Source: Acidimicrobiales bacterium (GTDB lineage Bacteria; Actinomycetota; Acidimicrobiia; Acidimicrobiales; AC-9). Taken from it: a stretch of 64,000 bases of DNA. Shown one piece after another: positions 8,566 to 17,208 of the stretch. Made by a program: the position numbers and the translations under genes. Location of the stretch: positions 18,552 to 82,551 of the forward strand of contig DASXCO010000064.1 of NCBI GenBank assembly GCA_036491125.1. Reading direction: 5' to 3'. How positions within the stretch are numbered: position 1 is the stretch's first letter; each line of letters opens with the position of its first letter. The notes beneath the pieces were generated by a model that did not search any database, was not told where the DNA came from, and saw nothing but the letters and a program-made list of their open reading frames with translations.

Positions 8566-9579
8566 TCAGCCGCGGATGCCGTACAGCTCGGTCTTTGCCT
8601 CCCTCTGCATCAAGGCGGTGATCGCCTCGGGCACGGTCTTGCCGTCGCGGATGACGGCGGCCACCTGCTCGGCTATGGGCATCTCGACGCCGTGCCGGGT
8701 GGCCAACTCGACGACAGGTCCAGAGGTCTTCACTCCTTCGGCCACCATACGCATCTCGGCCACGATCTCCTCGATCTGACGGCCCTGGCCCAGCGCCTCA
8801 CCGACATAGCGATTGCGGCTCTGGCGGCTGATGCAGGTCGCGACCAGATCACCCATGCCGGCCAGCCCCGAGAACGTCAGGGGGTCGCCACCGATGGCGA
8901 TGCCGAGCCGGGTGAGCTCGGCGAGACCCCGGGTCACCAGCGCGGCGCGGGTGTTGTCGCCGAAGCCCATACCGTCGGTCATGCCCGCCGCGATGGCGAT
9001 GACGTTCTTCAACGCTCCGGCGATCTCGCAGCCGATCACGTCGGGATTGGTGTACACACGGAACATCCCGCTCGAGAACAGTTGTTGCAGCTCGGCGGCG
9101 ATGCCTTCGTCGGTCAGGGCCACGACGCTCGCCGCCGGATGGCCCGCGAGGATCTCACGCGCCAGATTGGGGCCGGTGAGCACACCCACGGGACGGGCAG
9201 AGCCGGGCGCCACCTCGACGACGACCTCGGTCATGCGCTTCAGCGAGTCCTGCTCGATTCCCTTGGCGAGGCTGACAACTGGGGTGGTGGCACCGAGGTA
9301 CGGCGCCAGGTCGGCGATCACGGCCCGGAAGCCGTGCGACGGGACGCCCATCACCACCACGTCCGCACCGGCCACGGCCTCCTCGAGCGACGCCGTGGCA
9401 CTCAGACGGTCCGGAAGCTGGATGCCGGGCAGGTACGAGCCGTTCACGTGGTCGACGGCGATCTCCTGCGCCAGCTCGGGTCGCCTGGCCCACAGGGTCG
9501 CGGGGGCATTGGTGGCGACAAGCGACGCCACCGCTGTCCCCCACGAGCCCGCACCGACGACTGCGACCCTGGTCACCAC
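8566..9579 (-). CDS. gpsA: NAD(P)H-dependent glycerol-3-phosphate dehydrogenase
   Basis: VAVVGAGSWGTAVA...NGSYLPGI...GPNLAREI...KNVIAIAAGM...GDLVATC.S..SRN; full-length GpsA pattern. Confidence 0.9.
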   Translation of the reverse strand: MVTRVAVVGAGSWGTAVASLVATNAPATLWARRPELAQEIAVDHVNGSYLPGIQLPDRLSATASLEEAVAGADVVVMGVPSHGFRAVIADLAPYLGATTPVVSLAKGIEQDSLKRMTEVVVEVAPGSARPVGVLTGPNLAREILAGHPAASVVALTDEGIAAELQQLFSSGMFRVYTNPDVIGCEIAGALKNVIAIAAGMTDGMGFGDNTRAALVTRGLAELTRLGIAIGGDPLTFSGLAGMGDLVATCISRQSRNRYVGEALGQGRQIEEIVAEMRMVAEGVKTSGPVVELATRHGVEMPIAEQVAAVIRDGKTVPEAITALMQREAKTELYGIRG

Positions 9580-9586
9580 CCAGCCA

Positions 9587-9750
9587 CCCTAGGCGCAGCA
9601 GCGCCTACGGGCTATCTCCCCGCCGGACCTCCCGGGCCGGCCCTAGGCGCAGCAGCGCCTGCGGGCTATCTCTCCGGCCGGCCTCCCGGACCGGCCCTAG
9701 GCGCAGCAGCGCCTGCGGGCTATCTCTCCGGCCGGCCCTAGACTGGCCGG
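9587..9750. repeat. Tandem repeat, 54-bp unit x about 3 (9587-9640, 9641-9694, 9695-9735 plus a 15-bp stub)
   Basis: Unit ccctaggcgcagcagcgcctgcgggctatctctccggccggcctcccggaccgg. Each unit holds two hairpins: AGGCGC-agca-GCGCCT and GGCCGG-cctcccgga-CCGGCC. The array fills the whole gpsA/cofC divergent intergenic region. Confidence 0.85.
9739..9744 (+). promoter_or_regulatory. -10-like TAGACT placed 6 nt before the cofC GTG (possible leaderless promoter)
   Basis: cccTAGACTggccggGTG. The hexamer matches TANNNT, whereas the repeat units upstream carry cccTAGGCG instead. Confidence 0.3.
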
Positions 9751-10383
9751 GTGGGACGCGAAGGCGTGAGCTCATCGCCGGGGCGTCAGGGCCGGCCGCC
9801 CTCGGCCGCCTTTCGTATCGGTCCTGAGGCGGTGCTCGTACCGGTCAAGGCGTTCGCCGACGCCAAGCGGCGCCTGGCACCCGCCCTCCCCCCCGAGGAG
9901 CGAGCGAGCCTCGCCCGATCAATGGCCGAGGGCGTCGTGGCTGCCGCCGGCACACTTCCTGTGGCAGTGGTCTGCGACGACAACGACGTCGCCGTGTGGG
10001 CCCGCCAACTCGGCGCCCTGGTGATATGGGAGCCGGAACGGGGCCTGAACGGCGCCGTGGAGGCTGGGGTAAGTCGGCTCGGGGCCGCCGGAGCGGTGCG
10101 GGTGACCGTTGCCCACGGCGACCTGCCGCTCGCCCTCGATCTCACCTGGGTTGGTCGCTTCCCGGGAGTCACGCTCGTCCCCGACCGCCATCGCGACGGC
10201 ACCAACGTGGCGTGTGTGCCCACCGCGGTCGGCTTCAGGTTCTCGTACGGGCCAGGCTCGTTCGCGCGCCACGAGCACGAGGCGCGCCGCCTGGGGCTGC
10301 CCCTCCGAGTCGTGGAGGAGCCCCTTCTGGCGTGGGACGTCGATCAACCCGCCGATCTGGATTACGGGCGCTGCCGGTCCTGA
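9751..10383 (+). CDS. cofC: 2-phospho-L-lactate / phosphoenolpyruvate guanylyltransferase (F420 biosynthesis)
   Basis: AVLVPVKAFADAKRRL...ERASLARSMAEGVV...DGTN...SFARHEHEARRLG...AWDVDQPADL; CofC/FbiD pattern. Alternative in-frame start is GTG 9832 (VLVPVK). Confidence 0.75.
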   Translation: MGREGVSSSPGRQGRPPSAAFRIGPEAVLVPVKAFADAKRRLAPALPPEERASLARSMAEGVVAAAGTLPVAVVCDDNDVAVWARQLGALVIWEPERGLNGAVEAGVSRLGAAGAVRVTVAHGDLPLALDLTWVGRFPGVTLVPDRHRDGTNVACVPTAVGFRFSYGPGSFARHEHEARRLGLPLRVVEEPLLAWDVDQPADLDYGRCRS

Positions 10384-10390
10384 GAACCCC

Positions 10391-11152
10391 GTGACATCGC
10401 CCGCGGCGGAGGCGTCGCACGCGTCGACCGGGTCGAACCTGGCCACCCCGGCCTGCGCGCTGGCCGTCGGGGCCCATCCCGACGACATCGAGTTCGGCTG
10501 CGGCGCCACCCTCGCCAAGTGGGCATCGGCAGGTTGTCGCATCCGACACCTGGTGTGCACCGACGGGGCCAAGGGATCCTGGGATCCGTCCGAGGACCTC
10601 ACCAGCCTCGTGCGCATCCGCCAGGAGGAGCAGCGGGCCGCGTCGAGAGCGCTCGGCGGCGAAGGAGACGTCATCTTTCTCGGCTGGTCAGACGGCGAGC
10701 TCGAGTCCGGCATTCGTCAACGCTGGCAGCTGTGCTCGTGGATCCGCATGGTCCGGCCCGACGTCGTGCTCGGCCATGACCCGTGGAAGCGGTATCGCCT
10801 CCATCCGGACCATCGCAACGCCGGGTTCCTCCTCACCGACGCCATCGTGGCGGCGCGCGATCCACACTTCTTCCCCGACCAAGAGGCGCCACCGCACCGT
10901 CCATCGGCGCTGCTGCTGTGGGAGGCCGACGAGGCGGACCATCTGGAGGACGTCTCCGGCTTCGTGGAGGCAAAGCTGGACGCCCTGCTCGCCCACCGAA
11001 GCCAGTTTCGCTCGACAATGCGCATCGAGCAGTCGACCTCCCACGAGGAGATGGCGCGATTTCGTGATCGGGTGATCCAACGGCTCGCCGATGACGGCCA
11101 GCGCGCAGGGTTCGCTGCCGCCGAGGCCTTCAAGCTGATGCGCGACCTCTGA
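10391..11152 (+). CDS. PIG-L (LmbE-like) family deacetylase
   Basis: ALAVGAHPDDIEFGCGATLAKW...LVCTDGAKG...HPDHRNAG. Start set at GTG 10391, just after the cofC stop. The track ORF 10109.. over-extends into cofC. Confidence 0.8.
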   Translation: MTSPAAEASHASTGSNLATPACALAVGAHPDDIEFGCGATLAKWASAGCRIRHLVCTDGAKGSWDPSEDLTSLVRIRQEEQRAASRALGGEGDVIFLGWSDGELESGIRQRWQLCSWIRMVRPDVVLGHDPWKRYRLHPDHRNAGFLLTDAIVAARDPHFFPDQEAPPHRPSALLLWEADEADHLEDVSGFVEAKLDALLAHRSQFRSTMRIEQSTSHEEMARFRDRVIQRLADDGQRAGFAAAEAFKLMRDL

Positions 11153-11161
11153 TCTCCGATT

Positions 11162-11207
11162 CCGGCTTCCCGGGCCGGCGTGTCCTGGGGCCGGCCTCCC
11201 AGCCGGG
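11162..11207. repeat. Two degenerate copies of the GC hairpin core between convergent genes
   Basis: CCGGCttcccggGCCGG (11162-11178) and ggggCCGGCctcccaGCCGGgc, variants of the GCCGGCC-TCCCG-GGCCGGC core found elsewhere in the window. Confidence 0.4.
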
Positions 11208-11717
11208 CTACCTGGAGGCCCTCTTCGTCGACTTGCGAGCTCGAGACGCGGCGGTCGACTTGGTGCCCTTTCGCGCCGGCGCTCTCGTGGTCTTGCGAGC
11301 CCGGCCCTTCACCGCTTTGCGAGCCGGAGCCTTGGTCGCCTTGCGAGCCGGAGCCCTCGTCGTCTTGCGAGTGGTCTTGCGGGTCGCCTTCCGGGCGGTC
11401 TTGCGGGCCGGAGCCTTCGTCGCCTTACGAGCCGTCTTGCGGGTCTTCGCCGTCTTGCGGGCCGGAGCCTTGGTCGTCTTGCGAGCGGCCTTCGTGGTCT
11501 TCCTGGCCGGGGTACGGCCCGCCGTCCGCGACTTCTTGGCCAGTGACTTCGACGTCTTCGACGCCGACTTGCTGGCCTTCTTGGCCAGGCTGCTGCCCTT
11601 GCGCGCCGCGGATGCCCGTGTGCTGCTCACCCGGCGCTTGGCTGACTTTTTGGCCCTGCCCGTCGAACCTGCGACGCGCTTCTCCGCTGCCGAAGCCGCT
11701 TTCCTGATCGCTGCCAT
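11208..11717 (-). CDS. Histone H1-like Lys/Arg/Ala/Thr-rich repeat protein (169 aa)
   Basis: MAAIRKAASAAEKR... followed by many ARKTTKAPARK-type repeats. ATG has SD AGGTGA. Starts 8 nt after the HU stop, so probably co-transcribed. Confidence 0.7.
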   Translation of the reverse strand: MAAIRKAASAAEKRVAGSTGRAKKSAKRRVSSTRASAARKGSSLAKKASKSASKTSKSLAKKSRTAGRTPARKTTKAARKTTKAPARKTAKTRKTARKATKAPARKTARKATRKTTRKTTRAPARKATKAPARKAVKGRARKTTRAPARKGTKSTAASRARKSTKRASR

Positions 11718-11725
11718 GGAATCAC

Positions 11726-12148
11726 CTACCGCTTCCTAACGGCTTTCGCCGTCTTGTTGGTCGTCTTCTTCTTCGCCGGAGCCTTCTTGGCCACCGGCCC
11801 CTTGTTGGCGGGAGCCCTCTTCGAGGTGGCCTTCCTGCCCGGCGCTGTCTTCTTGGCCTTCTTTATCGGTCGGTTCGTGTTGAGGGCTTCCTTGAACGCC
11901 GATCCAGCTGCGAACCGCACACCCTTCGATGCGTTGATTCGTACTGGCGCCCCAGTCTGCGGGTTGCGGCCCATACGGGCGTTGCGCCTCGTCGGGTTGA
12001 ACGTGCCGAAGCCGATCAGCGCAACCCTGTTACCCGTTCGCACCGCCTCCATAACCGTCGACATCACCGCGTCAACGGCGCGCTCGGCTTGACGCTTCTC
12101 GAGAGCAGTAGCTGCGCCGACCGCCTCGATCAGCTGGGACTTGTTCAC
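11726..12148 (-). CDS. hup: HU family nucleoid protein with basic C-terminal tail (HupB-like)
   Basis: (M)NKSQLIEAVG...ALIGFGTFNPTRRNARMGRNPQTGAPVRINASKGVRFAAGSAFK, then a PAKK-type tail. Start moved to the second GTG (12148) because GAGGAG lies 5 nt upstream and HU proteins begin MNK. Confidence 0.9.
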   Translation of the reverse strand: MNKSQLIEAVGAATALEKRQAERAVDAVMSTVMEAVRTGNRVALIGFGTFNPTRRNARMGRNPQTGAPVRINASKGVRFAAGSAFKEALNTNRPIKKAKKTAPGRKATSKRAPANKGPVAKKAPAKKKTTNKTAKAVRKR

Positions 12149-12209
12149 CGCCACCTCCTCATCCCTTGCTCGTTGTAGTGACGCAGTTTCCCTGTAATGA
12201 AAAAGGTTA

Positions 12210-12521
12210 TTGGCCGCGAGGTCAAGTTTTTCCTTGAACGCGAAGTGGTTTTGCTCTCGCGATGGACGTCAGCGCGGTACTTCGCGAGTCTGTCGAATCG
12301 TGGAAGCACTGCCGGACGGCACCTACGACGTCATGATCGTGGATGTCGAACGCGATGAACAGCAACACGTTCGGATCGATGTCGTCCTGACGGCGGGATC
12401 GCACCGCGGCGAAGTCGTGTCACTGCGCGCATCATCGATGCGACGGGATCCGCTCGGCCTGATGGGACTCCCGGCTCGCCTCGAGGTGAAGAACGGGACG
12501 CCCGATCTGAAGATCGATTGA
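12210..12521 (+). CDS. Hypothetical protein; start uncertain (TTG 12210 or GTG 12300)
   Basis: ORF track only. The C-terminal two-thirds (VEALPDGTYDVMIVDVERDEQQHVRIDVVLTAGSHRGEVVSL...) looks protein-like. No family recognised. Confidence 0.35.
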   Translation: MAARSSFSLNAKWFCSRDGRQRGTSRVCRIVEALPDGTYDVMIVDVERDEQQHVRIDVVLTAGSHRGEVVSLRASSMRRDPLGLMGLPARLEVKNGTPDLKID

Positions 12522-12640
12522 CGACAGGCTCGGCACCACAGGGTCCACGCGGCCCCGCGATCAGCGATATGACGCTCTAGACAGCGGATCGGGCGGTTCC
12601 GATGGGGCAAAGAACGCCGATGGCATTATCCTGACTGGCG

Positions 12641-15600
12641 ATGACCTGCCCATCCTGCGGGAACACGCTGCCGGAGGGCGCTCGATTCTGCCCCGGATGC
12701 GGGCATTCGATTGTGACGATCGGCACGCGGGGCGACGAGCGGCGGGTCGTCACAGTGGCGTTCGCCGACCTCGTCGGCTTCACCACGCTGAGCGAGACGA
12801 TGGACCCGGAGCAGGTCAAGAACCTGGTGGACAGCTGCTTCGAGCGGCTGGCGGCCGACATCACCGCTTTCGGCGGCAGGGTGGACAAGATCGTGGGTGA
12901 CGCCATCGTCGCCCTGTTCGGCGCTCCGGTCGCCCACGAGGACGACGCCGAACGGGCGGTGCGGGCGGCTCTCCAGATGCAGGCGAGCGTGGTGGCGCTC
13001 TCGGGCGAGCTGGAGTCGGTGCGCCTGCGTATCGGCGTCAACACCGGCGAGGTGCTGGTTGGTGCCCTGCGCGCCGGCGGCGACTACACGGCGATGGGCG
13101 ACGTGGTCAACGTGGCCAGCCGGCTGCAGACCATGGCCGATCCGGGTCAGGTGCTCGTGGGATCTCCCACGAGGGCCGGCACCGCAGCAGTGGTTCGCTA
13201 CGAGCCGGCGGGCACGCTGCAGACGCGCGGTCGCGACGGAGCCGTTGAAGCGTGGATCGCCGTCGAGTGTCTTGCTCCTCCGGGGCGGCGGCCGGCCCGG
13301 GTCGACGGCCCGCTGATCGGTCGTTGCGAGGAGCTGGGTCTGCTCCAGCACGCCGTCGGTGCCGCTGTCGCCCGTCATCGGGCACAGCTGATCGTGATGC
13401 TCGGCGACGCGGGAGTGGGCAAGAGCCGCCTCGCCCGCGAGCTCGCCGACTGGGCCGTCCAGGAGCACGGCGCCACCGTGCTCGAGGGCCGTTGCGTGCC
13501 CTATGGGGAAGCCAACGTCTGGTGGCCCATGGCGGAGATGATGCGCCAGGCCTGCGCCATCGAGCCTTCCGATTCGGCCGACCAGACGCTGGCCAAGTGC
13601 CGGCTCGCCGTTGCCGCGGCAACAGGCGTCGAGGTCGACGGCAACGAGGCGGAGCGGTTGGCGACCGCCCTGTCGTTCCTCATGGGCAATCAGGGCGCGC
13701 TGGCCAACGTCGACCCCGGGCGAACTCGCGAGGAGGTGCGCCTGTCGCTGCTGACCTTTCTCGACGGGCTCGCCCGCCATCGTCCCCTGGTGTTGGCGCT
13801 GTCGGAGCTCCACTGGGCGGACGAGCTGGTCTTTGACGCCATCGACGACCTCCTCGATCGCCTCCACCACCTCCCCCTCGTGCTCCTGGCGACTGCCCGT
13901 CCGGAGATCCAGCCCCGTTGGGCTCCCCGGCCGGGCCGCCACAGCGAGGTCGTGCTGCACGTCGACCCTCTCGCTCTCGTCGAGGGCCGCCAACTGCTCG
14001 CCGCGCTATCGGGCAACGAGCTGGAGCCAGGGATCGGCGACGCGCTCCTCGAGCGCAGTGGGGGCAATCCCTTGTTCCTGGAGGAGCTGTCGGCCTTCCT
14101 CGGCGACGCCAGCCGCGGCGAGCAGGGTGTGCTCGCCGAGGCCGGCCCGCCGGGCGCAGAGCTCCCTGCGACCCTCCGCGGCCTGGTGGCAGCCCGCCTC
14201 GACGTGCTCAGCCGCGAGGAGCGCGCCGTGGTGGAAGACGCGTCGGTGGTCGGGCTGCGAGGTGGGCTCGAGGCGCTCACCACCTTGGCGACGGCCCGCG
14301 GCGGCGCAGAGATCGGCCCCGTCGTCGAGGAGCTGGTGGCCAAGGACGTGATCTCCACGCAGGGCGATACGTGGGCCTTTCGATCCGGGCTGGCCCGCGA
14401 GGTCGCCTACGAGATCCTGACCAAGGCCGACCGGGCCCGGCGACACTACGCCCTCGCGTCGTGGCTGACCGAGAGCACTCAGCAGAGTGACCGGCAGCAG
14501 GAGATCGTCGAGCAGCTGGCCCACCACTTCAGCGAGGCGTCGGCGTTGAGATCCGAGGTGGGCACGGTCGGCGATGTCCCGTCCGACGTGTGGCGCTCGG
14601 CCCTCGAGTACACCACGATGTCGGCGGACCGGTCACGCCAGCGGGGGCTGCATCAAGTGGCGGTGGACCTCCTTTCCCGGGCCGTGGCGATCATCCCGCG
14701 GGGCGAAGACGCCACCCGTCGAGAGGTGCTGCTGGAGCGGGCCGATGCCAAGGCCTACCTGCGCGAGCCCAGCGCGGCCCGCGCCGACATCGACAGCGCG
14801 CTGGCTTCGGCGTCTGCGGAGGGGGACCAGCGCGCCGTGGCCCGGGCGCTCACCGTGCTGGGCCACGTCGAGCAGGCCGAAGGGTCCTTCGACGCGTCGA
14901 GCGCCACCCTCGAACGGGCGACGCGCATCTGGCGCGACGTGGGTGACGACCACGGTGAAGCCGAGGCGCTCAGCCAGCTGGGCACGACCCGCTCGCTCAT
15001 GGGTGACCCGGACGGGGCAGAGGCGGCCATGACGACCGCCCTCACGACGTTCCGCTCCCTCGGGTCGCGTCGCGAGGAGGCCTGGGCCCTGTGGAACCTG
15101 GCCGAGATCGCCTACGCCCTCGGTCGCCTTCCCGAGGCCGAGCAGCGCCTCGGCGAGGCGGCAAGCACGTTCATCGAGGCCGGCGACTGGGGCGGGCTGG
15201 GCTGGACGAAGGGGCTGCTCGGCTTCGTGCGCTTCTTCCAGGGTCGCCGAGAAGAAGCAGAGGAGCTGGCGACCCACATTCTCGGCGAGGTGCGCCAGAG
15301 CGGCGACCGCTGGGCGCTGGCAATGGTGCAGTTCCTGCTGAGCTCGGTGGCGCTCTGGCAGGGTCGGACGAGCGAGGCGATCGAGCGGAGCCAGGAGGCG
15401 GCCCGGCTGTTCCGCGAGCTTGGCAACGGCGACGCCCTGCGCGCCGAGGGCGTCCTGATCCGGGCCCGCGCCGCCGCCGGCGACATCGAGGCGGCGTTCG
15501 CCTTGGCCCGCGAGAACCTGATGAACGCTCTGGCGAACGAAGGGTCGAACGGCTGGAGGTCATCCAAGGCCGGCCTGGTGTACGGGCTGGTGCAAGGAGC

Positions 15601-16258
15601 GGGGCTGGGACTCGCGGGCACGGCCATCCACGTGGGCGACGGCGAACAGGCTCTCTCGGTGCTGAGCGAGCTGTCGCAGCTCTCGAACGGTGCGGTCAGC
15701 GAGATCGCCACGACCGAGGTCGATACGGCCCACGGGGCTGCCCTCGCTCAGGTCGGCCGGTTCGAGGAGGCGATCGATCACCTGGAGCAGGCGCGCGCCG
15801 GCGCCGCCGCCGCGGGCCCGCGTGCCAATGCCCTGTCCCTGCTCGCCCTTGCCTATGCCGGCGCCCGCCGGCCCGAGGAAGCGATCGACGCGGCCCGGGT
15901 GACGGCATCGCTCGAGGAGGCCACGTATCTCGATCGAGCCGTGGCCGATGTCGCCCGGGGCTTCGCCTCGGTACAGCTCGGACGTCCCGATGAGGGAGAG
16001 GAGGCGTTCTGCGCCGCTCGATCGATCGTCGACGCCACCGGTGACCGGACCCAGCAGGCAATCGTCCGCCTCGCTCGTGCTCGCGGCCTGGAATCGGCCG
16101 ATGCACCCGAGGCGGCGGTGGCTCTGGCCGAGGCGCAGGCGGCGCTCGACCACATCGGCATCAGGGCGGAGGGATGGGACATCGCGTTCCGCGCCGCTGC
16201 CGGTGGCGGGCCGCTCGTCGAGTCGGCTCGCGCTCAGGAGACCCGGGCTGGGTCCTGA
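12641..16258 (+). CDS. Zinc-ribbon / class III nucleotidyl cyclase / STAND AAA ATPase / TPR multidomain protein (1205 aa)
   Basis: CPSCGNTLPEGARFCPGCG; VTVAFADLVGFT...DKIVGDAIVALFGAP...RIGVNTGEVL...GDVVNVASRLQ; Walker A GDAGVGKSRLA; long TPR-like C-terminus. Confidence 0.85.
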   Translation: MTCPSCGNTLPEGARFCPGCGHSIVTIGTRGDERRVVTVAFADLVGFTTLSETMDPEQVKNLVDSCFERLAADITAFGGRVDKIVGDAIVALFGAPVAHEDDAERAVRAALQMQASVVALSGELESVRLRIGVNTGEVLVGALRAGGDYTAMGDVVNVASRLQTMADPGQVLVGSPTRAGTAAVVRYEPAGTLQTRGRDGAVEAWIAVECLAPPGRRPARVDGPLIGRCEELGLLQHAVGAAVARHRAQLIVMLGDAGVGKSRLARELADWAVQEHGATVLEGRCVPYGEANVWWPMAEMMRQACAIEPSDSADQTLAKCRLAVAAATGVEVDGNEAERLATALSFLMGNQGALANVDPGRTREEVRLSLLTFLDGLARHRPLVLALSELHWADELVFDAIDDLLDRLHHLPLVLLATARPEIQPRWAPRPGRHSEVVLHVDPLALVEGRQLLAALSGNELEPGIGDALLERSGGNPLFLEELSAFLGDASRGEQGVLAEAGPPGAELPATLRGLVAARLDVLSREERAVVEDASVVGLRGGLEALTTLATARGGAEIGPVVEELVAKDVISTQGDTWAFRSGLAREVAYEILTKADRARRHYALASWLTESTQQSDRQQEIVEQLAHHFSEASALRSEVGTVGDVPSDVWRSALEYTTMSADRSRQRGLHQVAVDLLSRAVAIIPRGEDATRREVLLERADAKAYLREPSAARADIDSALASASAEGDQRAVARALTVLGHVEQAEGSFDASSATLERATRIWRDVGDDHGEAEALSQLGTTRSLMGDPDGAEAAMTTALTTFRSLGSRREEAWALWNLAEIAYALGRLPEAEQRLGEAASTFIEAGDWGGLGWTKGLLGFVRFFQGRREEAEELATHILGEVRQSGDRWALAMVQFLLSSVALWQGRTSEAIERSQEAARLFRELGNGDALRAEGVLIRARAAAGDIEAAFALARENLMNALANEGSNGWRSSKAGLVYGLVQGAGLGLAGTAIHVGDGEQALSVLSELSQLSNGAVSEIATTEVDTAHGAALAQVGRFEEAIDHLEQARAGAAAAGPRANALSLLALAYAGARRPEEAIDAARVTASLEEATYLDRAVADVARGFASVQLGRPDEGEEAFCAARSIVDATGDRTQQAIVRLARARGLESADAPEAAVALAEAQAALDHIGIRAEGWDIAFRAAAGGGPLVESARAQETRAGS

Positions 16259-17145
16259 AGGCTGAGCACATGATGGGCGACCTCCTCGAGCTCGTCCGCC
16301 CACCGATCGGGCTCGACGGCAGGCACGACGACCAGCTTCGAGAAACCTCGGTCGATGAAGGCCTCGAGCCGCCGGCGCAGCGCCGGGAGTCCAGACAGTA
16401 CGAGCTCGCCAGGTTCGACATCCGGCCGGCGCGCGGCCAGCGCCTGGGTGAGACGGTCGGGCAACGGGCCGCGGGAGTAGACGACGAGAGCGCCGAAGTG
16501 CTCCGGGTCGATCCATCGCCCGGCGCGGTCGGCCGCCTCCTCCACGATCTTGCGGCCCGCGGCGGCCTCGTCAGGGGTGCAGAAGCTCGGCAGCCAGCCG
16601 TCGCCCAGCCGACCGGTGCGGCGCAGCTCGCTCGGGACCCGACCGCCCAGCCAGACATCGGGAGGGCGCTGCACGGGCTTGGGACGGACGGTGAGAGCCC
16701 TGTAGGCAAAACGGGAGCCGTCGTGATCGACGGCGTCCTCGGTCCACATCCGTCGGATGAGGGGCAGTGCCTCGTCGAACCACGCGGCCCGATCCTCCCG
16801 TCGCACACCGAAGGCCTGCTGCTCGTTGGGCTCCGCCACGCCGAGCCCGAACGCGGGAAGCACGCGGCCGCCGGACAGCACATCGAGACTCGCCAGCTCC
16901 TTGGCGAGCACGGCCGGGTTGCGCCCCGGCAGCACCAGCACGCTGGTGCCCAACTTGAGGCGTTCGGTCCGACCCGCCGCCACCGCCAGCCCCACGACGG
17001 GATCGGGAGCGACGCCGGTGAGCCGTTCCGACAGCCAGAGCGAGTCGAACCGCTGCCGCTCCAAGCCGTCGACCAGGTCGGCGAAGTGCTCACGCCCGCC
17101 GCCACCCGCCGCGGTGCCGAGTCCGTACCCGATGCGTACCTTCAT
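16234..17145 (-). CDS. LLM-class (luciferase-like) F420-dependent oxidoreductase
   Basis: Internal ATG of track ORF 16234..17805: MKVRIGYGLG...FDSLWLSERL...LGTSVLVLPGRNPAVLAKELASLDVLSGGRVLPAFGLG. The upstream 220 aa of the track ORF is junk antisense to the next gene. Confidence 0.8.
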   Translation of the reverse strand: MKVRIGYGLGTAAGGGGREHFADLVDGLERQRFDSLWLSERLTGVAPDPVVGLAVAAGRTERLKLGTSVLVLPGRNPAVLAKELASLDVLSGGRVLPAFGLGVAEPNEQQAFGVRREDRAAWFDEALPLIRRMWTEDAVDHDGSRFAYRALTVRPKPVQRPPDVWLGGRVPSELRRTGRLGDGWLPSFCTPDEAAAGRKIVEEAADRAGRWIDPEHFGALVVYSRGPLPDRLTQALAARRPDVEPGELVLSGLPALRRRLEAFIDRGFSKLVVVPAVEPDRWADELEEVAHHVLSLQDPARVS

Positions 17146-17208
17146 GAAGGATGAGCCTAGGGCGTGCCCTTGCAGCCATCGGCCCCGCCCGACCAGGATG
17201 ACCTGTCG

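Noticed and set aside
9587-9750. CRISPR array (also considered for 29361-29450 and 60998-61087)
   Set aside because: The units are directly abutting tandem repeats with no unique spacers, there are only about three copies, and no cas genes are present.
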